This document shows, in pieces, positions 30,824 to 41,617 of a DNA stretch of 64,000 nt; within the stretch, counting starts at the first letter, position 1, and every line of letters starts with the position of its first letter. This DNA is from Guillardia theta CCMP2712 (lineage: Eukaryota > Protista > Cryptophyta): the NCBI RefSeq assembly GCF_000315625.1, contig NW_005434537.1:80631-144630 (forward strand), in the 5' to 3' direction. The notes under the pieces were generated by a model. The model saw nothing but the letters and a program-made list of their open reading frames with translations. It ran no database searches and was not told the origin of the DNA. Made by a program: the position numbers and the translations under genes.

Positions 30824-32923
30824 CTAATGCAGACAGAACTTGGTATTGACAGGAAGAGAATGGTTCTCAATCTCTTTCAAATCCATCCTTGGGACTACTT
30901 GTACTGCAATCAACTTGTTTCCTATCGTGCAAGTAAATCGGGTTGTCGGTTCCTCCTTCACCCAGGCATCCAACTTCTTCGCCTCGCTCTGCTTCTGTGT
31001 ACCATACACAAGTGGGATGGTGGGCAATGAGATGGGGTAGATAGATGACTTCAGCGGTGGGCTGACGTTCTTTTGAAAGACCTTGATGTAGGGGAGGATG
31101 GGAGGTGTTGCATACGTGGAGATGAGATTGAACTCGTCCATCTCTTCCTTGGATTGATTGATCTTTATGGCCTTGACACGCTCAGCCATCCCTGGCTTAA
31201 TGAGCTCTGATACGGGTATGCCAACCGTCTTTGTGTCGGGTAACATCAACATCTTATCACCAAGAATGCCCCCGATATGCCAAAAGACCCCATCAAGGTC
31301 CTTCATGTGCAGCCATACCTTGGATCTGCCAATGTCCGGGGCACAGTCATTGCAAAGCTGGGAATAGAATAGATCTTCAGTGACCAGATCATCCGATGCC
31401 TTGTTCTTCATAGCAAGCTCCTTCATCATCTTCTTCATCTCGATCACCTTGTTGTAAGAACGTTTCATCTTGTTCAGATCCGCATCCGGGACCCCGTGCG
31501 TAGATGCTTTCCCCGATTGTAACGAGAGCATGTAGACGGGCGCAGTCATCTCGGCCAGGTAAAGATTGCCTTTATGGCTCGTCATGGCAGCGCAATGCCC
31601 GCAGATTTCATACCCCACCCCGTCACCATTGGAGATACTCGACTTCTCCACGTTCGGGGCCTTTGCGCTCATGAGAAGCAGCTGGATACTAGAATCCTTG
31701 ATGTGACTGTAGAGCTGCTTGCACTGGACCAACCCTTTCCGGATGTCCTCTAGAGACCAATCCTGCATGATCGAGTATGATTTGATGGTCCCGGCCAGCT
31801 TCTCGTGATCACACGCCTTGGAAATACGGCTGGCGCTCTGACAGAAGCGATGCGCCATGCCAAAGCAGATCTTGAGTATGCTGGCATCGCCCTCGCAATC
31901 GTCATAGAAGATGCTGTCATGGTAGGACCTCTTGAAACCAGACAAGCCAGCCCCGTCCACCTTCAAACCCCTCGAGATCAAAAGCCTTTTCAGGATCGCC
32001 GCGCTGTAGGCCTTGTCCTCATAGACATTGTCCGACATGGGTGTGCTTATGTCTTCACTCATCTCAAAGGATCCGGTGTTGGGATCCTTCTTGAGATCGG
32101 ATGCATAGGTGATCGCAGTGGACACGTAACAAGGGAATGCGCGCATAAAGGAGTCTGCGGTATTTGCATCAATGACCTCATCGATCCCAACCCCACAGAT
32201 CTTCAGGCATGACATGACCAGGCCGAACGAATCCGCTGGGCAGCCATAGTGATTCTTGATCTTGTTGTCCAATGCATTCTGTAAAAAGACCATGTTTAGG
32301 TCTACCGTGTTGTTCCAAATCGTAAGGCAATCACCAGAAAGCACACCCTCCCTGTGAAATTGGAACCCATTCTGTGTGATCATCTTGGAAGAATCATTGG
32401 CGATCTCGATCATTGCCGCATTCAAGCGATCGACCCTGACCTGATCCAGTGGTTTCAAGCTTGGTAATATAGATTGGATATATCTCGATGTCTGATTGTT
32501 CACACTCTTGTAAGTCGATGCAAGTTCTCTGGGGAGTGCGCACGTTTCCAATATCAGTTTGACGTCTGGCTGTGCGCTGTCAAAGGACTCGGACATGACA
32601 CCCGGCTTTGACTCGATCAAGTCAATGGCACCCAGGCGCCCAGTGGTGATGTGGATATCCTTGATATTCAGACCAAAGCAAAGGATGTTGCTGCCGCTCT
32701 TGATGTCCGGGCCACTGCACATCGCCATGAATTGGATATGCTGTAACTCCATCATGTTGCAATCCGACTCAAAGACAAATACATTGTCCTTGTCACTCAC
32801 CCTCTTGCCTGAAAAGCTGCTGTATGCATTGTGCCATGCAAATAGCTTCGATACCATGTTGCCCGGCCTGCTGTTCTGCATCACATAGGCCCTCACAGCA
32901 AACGCAAATTTATTTTCACTCAT
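30824..32923 (-). CDS. 699-aa protein with transglutaminase-like Cys-His-acid motifs
   Basis: YDDCEGDA ... CGHCAA ... YLAEMT order and spacing. Confidence 0.55.
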   Translation of the reverse strand: MSENKFAFAVRAYVMQNSRPGNMVSKLFAWHNAYSSFSGKRVSDKDNVFVFESDCNMMELQHIQFMAMCSGPDIKSGSNILCFGLNIKDIHITTGRLGAIDLIESKPGVMSESFDSAQPDVKLILETCALPRELASTYKSVNNQTSRYIQSILPSLKPLDQVRVDRLNAAMIEIANDSSKMITQNGFQFHREGVLSGDCLTIWNNTVDLNMVFLQNALDNKIKNHYGCPADSFGLVMSCLKICGVGIDEVIDANTADSFMRAFPCYVSTAITYASDLKKDPNTGSFEMSEDISTPMSDNVYEDKAYSAAILKRLLISRGLKVDGAGLSGFKRSYHDSIFYDDCEGDASILKICFGMAHRFCQSASRISKACDHEKLAGTIKSYSIMQDWSLEDIRKGLVQCKQLYSHIKDSSIQLLLMSAKAPNVEKSSISNGDGVGYEICGHCAAMTSHKGNLYLAEMTAPVYMLSLQSGKASTHGVPDADLNKMKRSYNKVIEMKKMMKELAMKNKASDDLVTEDLFYSQLCNDCAPDIGRSKVWLHMKDLDGVFWHIGGILGDKMLMLPDTKTVGIPVSELIKPGMAERVKAIKINQSKEEMDEFNLISTYATPPILPYIKVFQKNVSPPLKSSIYPISLPTIPLVYGTQKQSEAKKLDAWVKEEPTTRFTCTIGNKLIAVQVVPRMDLKEIENHSLPVNTKFCLH

Positions 32924-33039
32924 TATCTTATGAAATTATTCAATTTGTCCAATAATCTCGATAGTCTTACAATCTCCTTGTTCTTTTTCATGTACGAACA
33001 GGGCCATTCTGAAATAGGTTCATTGGTAAAAGCAAAATC

Positions 33040-33471
33040 CTATTCAGAGTCCGAGCACCCATCAAAATCTTTTCTTTTTTTGCAAAGCATTGCGTCTTTA
33101 TCAGTCTCTAGAGAAGGGGATGATCTCTTTATCTCTATGATAAGCCTGCCAGGACCATCATCAAACTCAGTGTAATAATCGATGTACAGGCCATTCCCAA
33201 TCTCCACTCGATCGTCAACAACGAAATCTCTGGACTTCAACCATCGCGTGGCCATGACTTTCATGCTCAGGTATTCCCTATTCATCATGGTAAAGGATGG
33301 CTGTATACCCAACAGAGGCTCGATCCGTTCGTCGCGCGAAAGGCTTATCGGTATGATATGGTCCTTGATTACTGATTCGATGGTATCAAAATCATCCATG
33401 GCAATATTAAGACTCATCCTGAAGATTGTCTCGCCACGTGGTTTATTCATTTCTATCAAAAACACTTGCAA
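33040..33471 (-). CDS. Hypothetical protein (likely ATG at 33450)
   Basis: ORF conserved in both copies; TATTAAA 26 nt upstream of the ATG. Confidence 0.65.
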   Translation of the reverse strand: MQVFLIEMNKPRGETIFRMSLNIAMDDFDTIESVIKDHIIPISLSRDERIEPLLGIQPSFTMMNREYLSMKVMATRWLKSRDFVVDDRVEIGNGLYIDYYTEFDDGPGRLIIEIKRSSPSLETDKDAMLCKKRKDFDGCSDSE

Positions 33472-33495
33472 ATCTTTTAATACAACGCATGTCCA

Positions 33496-34299
33496 CTAAA
33501 TTTCCATCCGGTCCTCATGAGATAGGTCCTCCATCTTCTTTAACTTTCGGATAAGGTTGGATGTCTTGGGGTGGCGGAAAATCAAGGTATGGTTATTCAA
33601 ATGCCACCATGCATTGACAATAGACAATATGATGAATTCATCACTCTTGTCATTGTTGCTCACGTCTCTGAATAAGCCACGGGTTCTGTAGATCTCGGTG
33701 AAGCATTGTTTAAGATGGATGGGAATGATATGGAAATAGTAGTTTCTGAAACTTACGCCATCGCACAAAGACTGCGCATCCCTGTGTCTTGGTAGGATCG
33801 ACTTTTTCTCCATCAATACATTGAAGAGGCGCTTTACATTCCTAAGATCTGGAATTGCAACTTCCCCTGGAGCTATGGAGAATGCAATTAACTCGTCCAG
33901 TGGAAGTAAGTTTTTTTTCAATGCATGTTGTTGATGTAAAGTCTCTACACCCCCTGACTGAAAACGATTGCATCTCCTCAACCAATTGGTGCATCGACAG
34001 CAGGTTGTAAGACGCTCGTCGCTGTCACAGGTCTTGCAGAGAGATCGGATACACTCCCAAGTAAACGTGGTACTCAACCAGCTGACATCGAGATTCAAAA
34101 GAAATGTCTCGACTCTATGGCTCCTTCTATCCTCCTTGGAAACCAAGAGCATGCCACATATGACACATATATCACACGGCTCCACAAAATCAGGGATTAG
34201 CCTGATGTCAAGGAACGTCACCTCATCCATGCTCACCCCCTGCATCTTCGCACAAATCGATTCAAAAATGTAAAAGTTACTTATGAAAGCACCAAGCAC
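33496..34299 (-). CDS. CxxC-rich (putative zinc-binding) hypothetical protein
   Basis: CVIC, CKTC, CCRC motifs. Confidence 0.65.
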   Translation of the reverse strand: MLGAFISNFYIFESICAKMQGVSMDEVTFLDIRLIPDFVEPCDICVICGMLLVSKEDRRSHRVETFLLNLDVSWLSTTFTWECIRSLCKTCDSDERLTTCCRCTNWLRRCNRFQSGGVETLHQQHALKKNLLPLDELIAFSIAPGEVAIPDLRNVKRLFNVLMEKKSILPRHRDAQSLCDGVSFRNYYFHIIPIHLKQCFTEIYRTRGLFRDVSNNDKSDEFIILSIVNAWWHLNNHTLIFRHPKTSNLIRKLKKMEDLSHEDRMEI

Positions 34300-34475
34300 A
34301 CCTCAGAATATTGACATTTTTTTTAAAAACTTGACATTGTATTTAAGTAAGACTGCCCAGGACTTGGCGTTAAATCGAGTTATAGTAGTATTCGCATTTT
34401 CCACACACCAAACAGTTCAATCACTTTGAAAAGTTCGAAAACTTTAGTCGTTTTTATTCAGTAGCGCGACCCATC

Positions 34476-37055
34476 ATGTCGATGGAAACCAGGAGCAAGC
34501 GATCAACCCCGATTCAGGAGCCTATTGAAACCCTTCAGGGTCATAGGAGCTCAGGCGTCGCGGGTCAGCTTACTATGGGAGACTCCAGACGCGGCAGACT
34601 CAACCCCAAATCGGGTGCAGCGACGTCGAAGGATCAGAAGGGCAAGTCGGGTTCAGCGACATCGAAGGATCAGAAGGGCAAGTCGGGTGCAGCGACGTCG
34701 AAGGATCAGCACCAACCCCCCACCCTTGCAGAAAGGCAAGGGGGCGTGCGTGGTGGTAGACAGATTAAGGCAAAAGGTTTTCCACCCGTCAAGCCTCAAT
34801 CCGAAGGCCGTCAACTCGACGCACCTCCAGGACTCAAAAGTGTCCTTCGCCTTGCAAATAGCACTATGAAAAAGAAGGCTAAAGCCTCTAAGCAGGCTAA
34901 AGCCTCTAAGCAGGCTAAAGCGTCTGAGCAGGTTGAAGAGCCTGAGCAGGTCGAAGAGGCTGAGCAGGTCGAAGAGGCTGAGCAGGTCGAAGAGTCTGAG
35001 CAGGCTGCAGCGTCTTCTAGCAACGCACCTGTAGCTCTTACTGAGCAGCAGATCGAGGAGCAGAAGAAGGCTGATGCAGAGAAGGCGGCTGCTTTGAAGC
35101 AGTTGAAGACTGATCTGATGGCCGAGGCTGTGAAGCTCATCAGTGTGCAGACTTTGCAGGAAGCAAGGGAAATTCTCCTCAATATCCAGCAGATGGCTCT
35201 TCAGCGTGCTGCAACCGACATTGCTGTCAAAATTGATAGCTTGTCCGATGAAGACAAGGCGAAGGCATTTAGCAGCATCCAACGAAGAATCAACTTCTTG
35301 TCCAACAAACCACGCACTCCTAGGAAGGGGCGCGAAGCGGCAGGGGGTGGAGACAATGAGCGCAGAGTTGCAAAGAGGAAGATCGTGGCTAGGAAGGACT
35401 CCGACCATTCGGAACCGGCCGCTCATCGCGTCGTCGTTCGTTTTGACTCTGAGTTTATTACGATCAAAGAAGATGGAAAGGCACTTGGGTTCAAGCAAAA
35501 TGGGATCAACGTGCTCTCGCACTGCTTGAATAAGGACAGTGTCTCCATCCTCAGGCTTCTTGTATTGTCCATGCTGAAGAGAACCGTCTACGCGAATTTC
35601 AAAATTCCCTTGAGTTATTTTTCACCAGAGGATGGGGACTTCACTCCTGCTATCAAGGCTGTCGCAAAACCCCTTATTGAGGGTGGGGAAGCAAAGACTT
35701 TCCTTAGACTCGAGTATAACCTCAACAACCTGTACATCACTCTGCAGCCTCTCGACTTCAAGGTCTTCCATATGTCTACCCTGGTCAATCGTGAGATGAT
35801 CAAGGCCAGTGATGAGGTGTGGGAAAAAGCTCTTGAACTTCAGGGGGATGACAATGATGCAGTGGCTGATGCATCCACCGATAAGTCGAAGAGGCGACTG
35901 GGGAAGCCTGTAGCGGAAGGGAATGTCACGCTTTACAACTTTATCAAGGCGGCCCTCCCTAACCTTAGGTACGAAAAGAGACCGTCCGCCCCCTGCATGA
36001 TGTGCATGATCGTCAACTCGATGATTTCCGTCAATGTTGACAATGTAAACAGACATCGCCAGGCATGGTGCTGCTGCAATCAGACGGACTTGGCTGTCTT
36101 GAGGTGTCCTTTCAAGGACACAACCATCAACTTCACCATCTGCACCCATTACATCACCCTTCTTCACACGGAGAAGTGCGATAACAACGGTGTTATTACC
36201 TGGTGGGAGAATGAGAACCTTCTTCAGACGCTTATCGAAGATTTCCTTCTTATGGACGGACCCGAATCCGACATGCTGTACGCAAGCAACAGCTTTGTCC
36301 CTGTCAGGGCTGAAATCACCGATTGTAACTGCAACCAACGGTGGATCAAGTTCAACCCCGAGAAACGGGCCAACAAGGAAGGAAAGCTCAAAAATCTTGT
36401 GGCTAGATCCAATCTGCTTCAGCCATTCGAGGAGAAGGACGGCGACAAGCACGGTGAGCTCAATAAGTTGTTCAACCAATACTTGGTGTCCTTATTGAAG
36501 AACCCGAAGGGCATGACCAGAAACCCCGTCATGGCCAACAAGAACAAGAACAAGGGAGGTCCAAGGCCGGAGGTGCAGGAGAAGGAGATCCGCTCCGAGC
36601 AAGATATCCCCAAGCCCCCCCGGAAGAAGCAGAGGAGGATCGATTTTTCTTCTGCTCTTGCTGTTGCTGCTTCTGCTGTTGCTGCTTCTGCTGTTGCTGC
36701 TTCTGCTTCTGCTTCTGCTTCTGCTGATCATGCTTCTGCTGATCATGCTGCTGCTATCGCTGAAGAGAAGAAGCGTGCCGATGAGGCACAGGCAGAAAAC
36801 GCAAGGTTGAAAGCTATGCTTGACCAGCTCAAGGCTCAGATTGCCGCGTCTGCGGATGGACCTGTGTCTGGACCTGTGTCTGGACCTGTGTCTGGAGCTG
36901 TGGTTGAGGCTGATGCTGCTTCTGCTGCTGAGCCTGTGGCTGCTGAGCCTGTGGCTAATGCCGAGGCTGAGGCTAATGCCGAGGCTGAGGCTAGCCGTTC
37001 GTCTAGGAAGCGTAAGGCGGATCTTCGCGATGTGCCTAAGAATCCCAAGGAGTAA
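34476..37055 (+). CDS. 859-aa protein with low-complexity repeat arms and a Cys-rich core
   Basis: Peptide repeats SGAATSKDQKGK, KASKQA, EQVEEA, GPVS; CMMC/WCCC core; basic NLS-like stretches. Confidence 0.8.
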   Translation: MSMETRSKRSTPIQEPIETLQGHRSSGVAGQLTMGDSRRGRLNPKSGAATSKDQKGKSGSATSKDQKGKSGAATSKDQHQPPTLAERQGGVRGGRQIKAKGFPPVKPQSEGRQLDAPPGLKSVLRLANSTMKKKAKASKQAKASKQAKASEQVEEPEQVEEAEQVEEAEQVEESEQAAASSSNAPVALTEQQIEEQKKADAEKAAALKQLKTDLMAEAVKLISVQTLQEAREILLNIQQMALQRAATDIAVKIDSLSDEDKAKAFSSIQRRINFLSNKPRTPRKGREAAGGGDNERRVAKRKIVARKDSDHSEPAAHRVVVRFDSEFITIKEDGKALGFKQNGINVLSHCLNKDSVSILRLLVLSMLKRTVYANFKIPLSYFSPEDGDFTPAIKAVAKPLIEGGEAKTFLRLEYNLNNLYITLQPLDFKVFHMSTLVNREMIKASDEVWEKALELQGDDNDAVADASTDKSKRRLGKPVAEGNVTLYNFIKAALPNLRYEKRPSAPCMMCMIVNSMISVNVDNVNRHRQAWCCCNQTDLAVLRCPFKDTTINFTICTHYITLLHTEKCDNNGVITWWENENLLQTLIEDFLLMDGPESDMLYASNSFVPVRAEITDCNCNQRWIKFNPEKRANKEGKLKNLVARSNLLQPFEEKDGDKHGELNKLFNQYLVSLLKNPKGMTRNPVMANKNKNKGGPRPEVQEKEIRSEQDIPKPPRKKQRRIDFSSALAVAASAVAASAVAASASASASADHASADHAAAIAEEKKRADEAQAENARLKAMLDQLKAQIAASADGPVSGPVSGPVSGAVVEADAASAAEPVAAEPVANAEAEANAEAEASRSSRKRKADLRDVPKNPKE

Positions 37056-37164
37056 GTGGTTAGTTTAACCTACTGAAACCACATATAATTTCGACTTTGA
37101 ATTTCGAATAAACTACTATATACAACTAATCTGATGTCACGGCCGGTAGCATAATTGACCGTTA

Positions 37165-37781
37165 AAAGGAAGAATGAGTGATTTTAAAGGGTTGTAGATC
37201 AATTCCTACGGCTTAGCTTGATTCCCATAGGGTTAGATTCAATGTGGGCCTCAAGGTTTTAAATCCCGAGTTGATCGGCTTACAAGCCGGCTGACTGAGT
37301 AGTCTGCACGTGGTCGGTAGAATAAGTGATTGAAAAAAGAGACAATGAGTGGTTTTAAAGGGTTGTAGATCAATTCCCACGGCTTAGCTTGATTCCCATA
37401 GGGTTAGATTCAATGTGGGCCTTAAGGTTTTAAATCCCGAGCCGATCGGCTTACAAGCCGGCTGACTGAGTAGTCTGCACGTGGTCGGTAGAATAAGTGA
37501 TTGAAAAAAGAGACAATGAGTGGTTTTAAAGGGTTGTAGATCAATTCCTACGGCTTAGCTTGATTCCCATAGGGTTAGATTGGATGTGGGCCTTAAGGTT
37601 TTAAATCCCGAGTCGATCGGCTTACAGGCCGGCTGACTGAGTAGTCTGAACGCAGGTGGATGAATAAGTTATTGAAAAAAGGAAGAATGAGTGATTTTAA
37701 AGGGTTGTAGATCAATTCCTACGGCTTATCTTGATTCCCATAGGGTTAGATTGGATGTGGGCCTTAAGGTTTTAAATCCCG
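37165..37781 (+). repeat. 171-bp tandem repeat, second locus
   Basis: Identical to 2741-3357. Confidence 0.95.
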
Positions 37782-37960
37782 GAACTGCACCGGGTGGTCG
37801 CTTATTGCGGCAATGTCCGTTCTACCTTCTTGGTCAGCACATATAGTGTACTGGGGTAAATTTCGTCGTGGAACCCTGCAGACTCACAAGAGCCTAGCTC
37901 TAAGAAATATATATCGATGGTCCTGCTCTCGTGGGGGCAGTGCTGGTTGAAATTTCCTAG

Positions 37961-38855
37961 TTGTCTCGGTCACGTGATGTGTCACGTGACCGGTCAGGTG
38001 AGCCTGTCAGCCGGGTCACGGACCCTGTCAGCCGGCTGACATGTCACGGGCCTGCTGACACGGTCCGCTGACCGGTCACGGCCGCCCGGAGAGATCAGGC
38101 CCCCGGCCAATCTCCGGACACTTAGCCTCCTGGCGGGCCTCCAGGGGGTCTGAGGCGGGGCTGAAGGCTGCAGTCGGTCTACTGACGGGCCCGGCCGGCA
38201 GGATCCGTCGAGAAACAGGGGGGTCAAGGGAGGTTTTCTTCCCCCTGGGAGAAAATTTTTGGGATCTGCGATATAAAAAAGTCTTGTCTCGGTCACGTGA
38301 TGTGTCACGTGACCGGTCAGGTGAGCCTGTCAGCCGGGTCACGGACCCTGTCAGCCGGCTGACATGTCACGGGCCTGCTGACACGGTCCGCTGACCGGTC
38401 ACGGCCGCCCGGAGAGATCAGGCCCCCGGCCAATCTCCGGACACTTAGCCTCCTGGCGGGCCTCCAGGGGGGCTGAGGCGGGGCTGAAGGCTGCAGTCGG
38501 TCTACTGACGGGCCCGGCCGGCAGGATCCGTCGAGAAACAGGGGGGTCAAGGGAGGTTTTCTTCCCCCTGGGAGAAAATTTTTGGGATCTGCGATATAAA
38601 AAAGTCTTGTCTCGGTCACGTGATGTGTCACGTGACCGGTCAGGTGAGCCTGTCAGCCGGGTCACGGACCCTGTCAGCCGGCTGACATGTCACGGGCCTG
38701 CTGACACGGTCCGCTGACCGGTCACGGCCGCCCGGAGAGATCAGGCCCCCGGCCAATCTCCGGACACTTAGCCTCCTGGCGGGCCTCCAGGGGGTCTGAG
38801 GCGGGGCTGAAGGCTGCAGTCGGTCTACTGACGGGCCCGGCCGGCAGGATCCGTC
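37961..38855 (+). repeat. 323-bp GC-rich satellite, block 1 (~2.8 units)
   Basis: Period 323 (pseudo-ORFs recur at 37994, 38317, 38640). Confidence 0.97.
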
Positions 38856-41617
38856 CATAGCGTTGTTGGGTCAAGGAACTTGCTGACAATTGGGATTTGT
38901 ACCAGATCCAGGCATTTTCCAGTACAAACATGTGTGTGAGTAAAAAATCGAAGGATTGGAAGGTTTGAAAATCCATTTCCAGCGCTGCACGTTCAACGGC
39001 AACCTGGGGTAATTGAGAGCTTAGATAAGTAAACAGTTGTTCCTATTGCCTTTGCATAGGATCACTTAGGCCCTTGTATAGTGGAGTAATGATTTGTACC
39101 AGAACCTGATGGGTAGGCGTGGTAGTATTTCAAATGATTCGAACCCAACGGACGCGACAGGGGGGTGGGGGGTACAGGTCTTGGTCTGGTACTGTAATGG
39201 GTACCTTTTAAAATACATTTAGCAGAGGGTGTCTCCCTCCCCATCTCCCTGCCCTCCGCACTTGCGCATCCCTATCCTTCCCTGTCCATGAGTCTCAGAC
39301 TCTCGTCAGACCTTCCCTGATGACCCTCAACTTTCTTTGAAGCTTCTGTCTGCCTTGTCCTTCCTCAACTTGCTGGAAATTCAAACTCTGAAACCATGCC
39401 CATGAGTTGACAAGCACTGAGTTTCTCAGTTTGAATGCGGAAGGAAAGATGATTCATGGAATGAAACTCAGTGATTCATATTTCAAGCTGATGGATACGA
39501 GTCGTATAGCACTGGCAAATGACTGTCATTTTACTTCTCAATGATACAGCATCAAGAACTTGCTCTCGATCCATCAGTACTTGCAAAGGGTCATTTTTCA
39601 GACAGAACTTCGAGTTCATCTTTGTTTTGCGTCGATCCACACGATGACATCTGTTTGATACACTATGTTTGATGAATAGCAAGAAAGAAAGGCTGAACTG
39701 TGCACCGCTTGACTGAATTTTCTACAATACTCTTCAATTGTGTAAGAGAGCATGTCACATGTAATCATACCAGGCAAACAAGTCACAGTATCGCTCCAAA
39801 CCGCGTTGAGCTTGAAACTGAGGCTCTACATGAAGATGTTATCGGACTAGTCGAATGATGTACAACTTTATGGTGATACGTGGTTTAGAACTGTTGCAAA
39901 GCGGACATGGGAATATGTAGCGGCCTAGGTGATGTTTTCAACGTACTTCAATAAAACAAAGCCAAGTTGTTGCTAACAACATCATCATTTCTCCATGAGC
40001 CTGCATGACCTGATGAACATGTTAGAGAAGTCGATGCTCATTCATCAAAAGAGTGGTTAGACAAGAAATTGGTAGATACTTCTGCGCAGCATTCTTGTGT
40101 ATGTGGAATCGTGCACACTCACCGTCGTGTGGAAGTGTTTGCACATTCTTCTGCGCAAGTCTCATACATTGTCCTTATCATCTGGAATGGTTGACTTTCG
40201 CTGCAAGTAATATGAGCAGCGCAAAGTTGGCAAACTTATCCATTGCAGCCAGCATAGCACCTTAGCGCTTTGTTCCACTTATCGCTTGGTTCCAAACAAT
40301 TGATGATATCGCAGCATGCAACTCGCATTGGCCCAAGGGTGTCAAGCGAGGAAAAGATCAGGATGATGGAAGGGCGAGAATGCAGCGAATAGAAGCTGGT
40401 CAGGCTCAGTTTACTTTGTGTAAGAAAATGCCAATGCTTTGTACATGTTAGGTTACAAAGAAAGAGGCAAGAAAGCTCTGGTATGAGACTCGAGAAGAAA
40501 GATATATTCAAAAGGGTATGTCCATTTTCGCCTGCATGATTCAATCGGATCCAACATCAATTAACTGCTCCTGATACCATGTCAGTCTAGTCACAACAAA
40601 GATATCAGCACCTTGAAAATTTCTTGCTTCGACTCGAGGTGAAGGAAATGAAATATGATTTACAATGCTATAAGGGGTATCGTTTTGTCGCTCAAAGCGT
40701 CTTGATTGTAAGTCATGAAATAGAACACGACATGCAATCAATTTGCAAGTCATGCCTTCATGTGGTACCTCATCACTGCCATTTGATGAATGCACTGGTA
40801 TTCCTTGAAACTCTTTACATGCCTTGGCAATACTCTTGCATCTTGCTCAGACCGCCCTCAAGCCCGACTCTTTGCAGCAGATTCCTATGAAATAAGTATA
40901 GATCATGCTGTCTCCGTGACATGCTTCATGACTTCCTACTTATTGCTCATGAGAGTCAATGTCATCCATCGTACAGCGCCACTAGCGGACGGTCCGTGCG
41001 GAGTACTCCTTATTCAAGCTGCTAAAATCTATGATGATCAACCCTCTTTACATGTGTTTGCAATCACAGAGATGTTTTCAGACTGCTGCGCTCACACCAG
41101 ATTCTGCAGGGATTGCCTCTGCTTGTCCTGGTCTGAGCTCTCCTGCTGCAGATGAGTCACGTCTGCGTAACATTCACTTGCTAACCTTGGATATGCAACC
41201 AGGGAAGGGAAGGGGCAAGGCTTGAGAGCTCCCTCTGATCTACAAGGGTGGTCTATGTTGGTCGGAGGCAGGGTAGGGTCCAAAACTTGACCCCATCGGA
41301 GAAGGGACTTTCACTGGGAAACAGGTGGGTCCAAAGCATCATAGTTTGAACAGGGGAGGTACCACATAAACTATTTTGGTACAAGTTTTCCTAACAGTAC
41401 TCGAATATGTACCATAAAATTGGTACTGTTGGTACAATTATTTGCTACCAGGAAGTACCCTACCCCCTTAAACAGGTCCCAACCAATTTGAATCAGCTCC
41501 CAGCCGTCTGACCCACCCCAGACCCCAACTGCCATTTGCTATTCACATGTGTGGAAGGATACCCCCACAGAAAACTATTGGAAACCAGAGGGGTCAGTTA
41601 AGAGCGACAACGCTATG
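38856..41617. mobile_element. Unclassified 2.76-kb TIR element without an intact transposase ORF
   Basis: Ends catagcgttgt(tg) / (cg)acaacgctatg; interrupts satellite ccgtc|gagaaac with an apparent 1-bp (C) duplication. Confidence 0.8.

Larger units (their letters stand above)
1..37960. mobile_element. Endogenous large DNA virus region, mirusvirus-like (Duplodnaviria)
   Basis: Very dense ORFs on both strands, mostly unrecognisable; herpes/phage-type terminase Walker A (TPRRFGKT), heliorhodopsin, DEDD exonuclease, RING-like protein, few short GT-AG introns; adjacent to eukaryotic LTR retrotransposons. Confidence 0.75.

Noticed and set aside
30827-31040. Possible terminase exon 2 after the ctaac...cag acceptor-like sequence
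   Set aside because: The open frames lack Walker B or nuclease motifs and are antisense to the 699-aa gene
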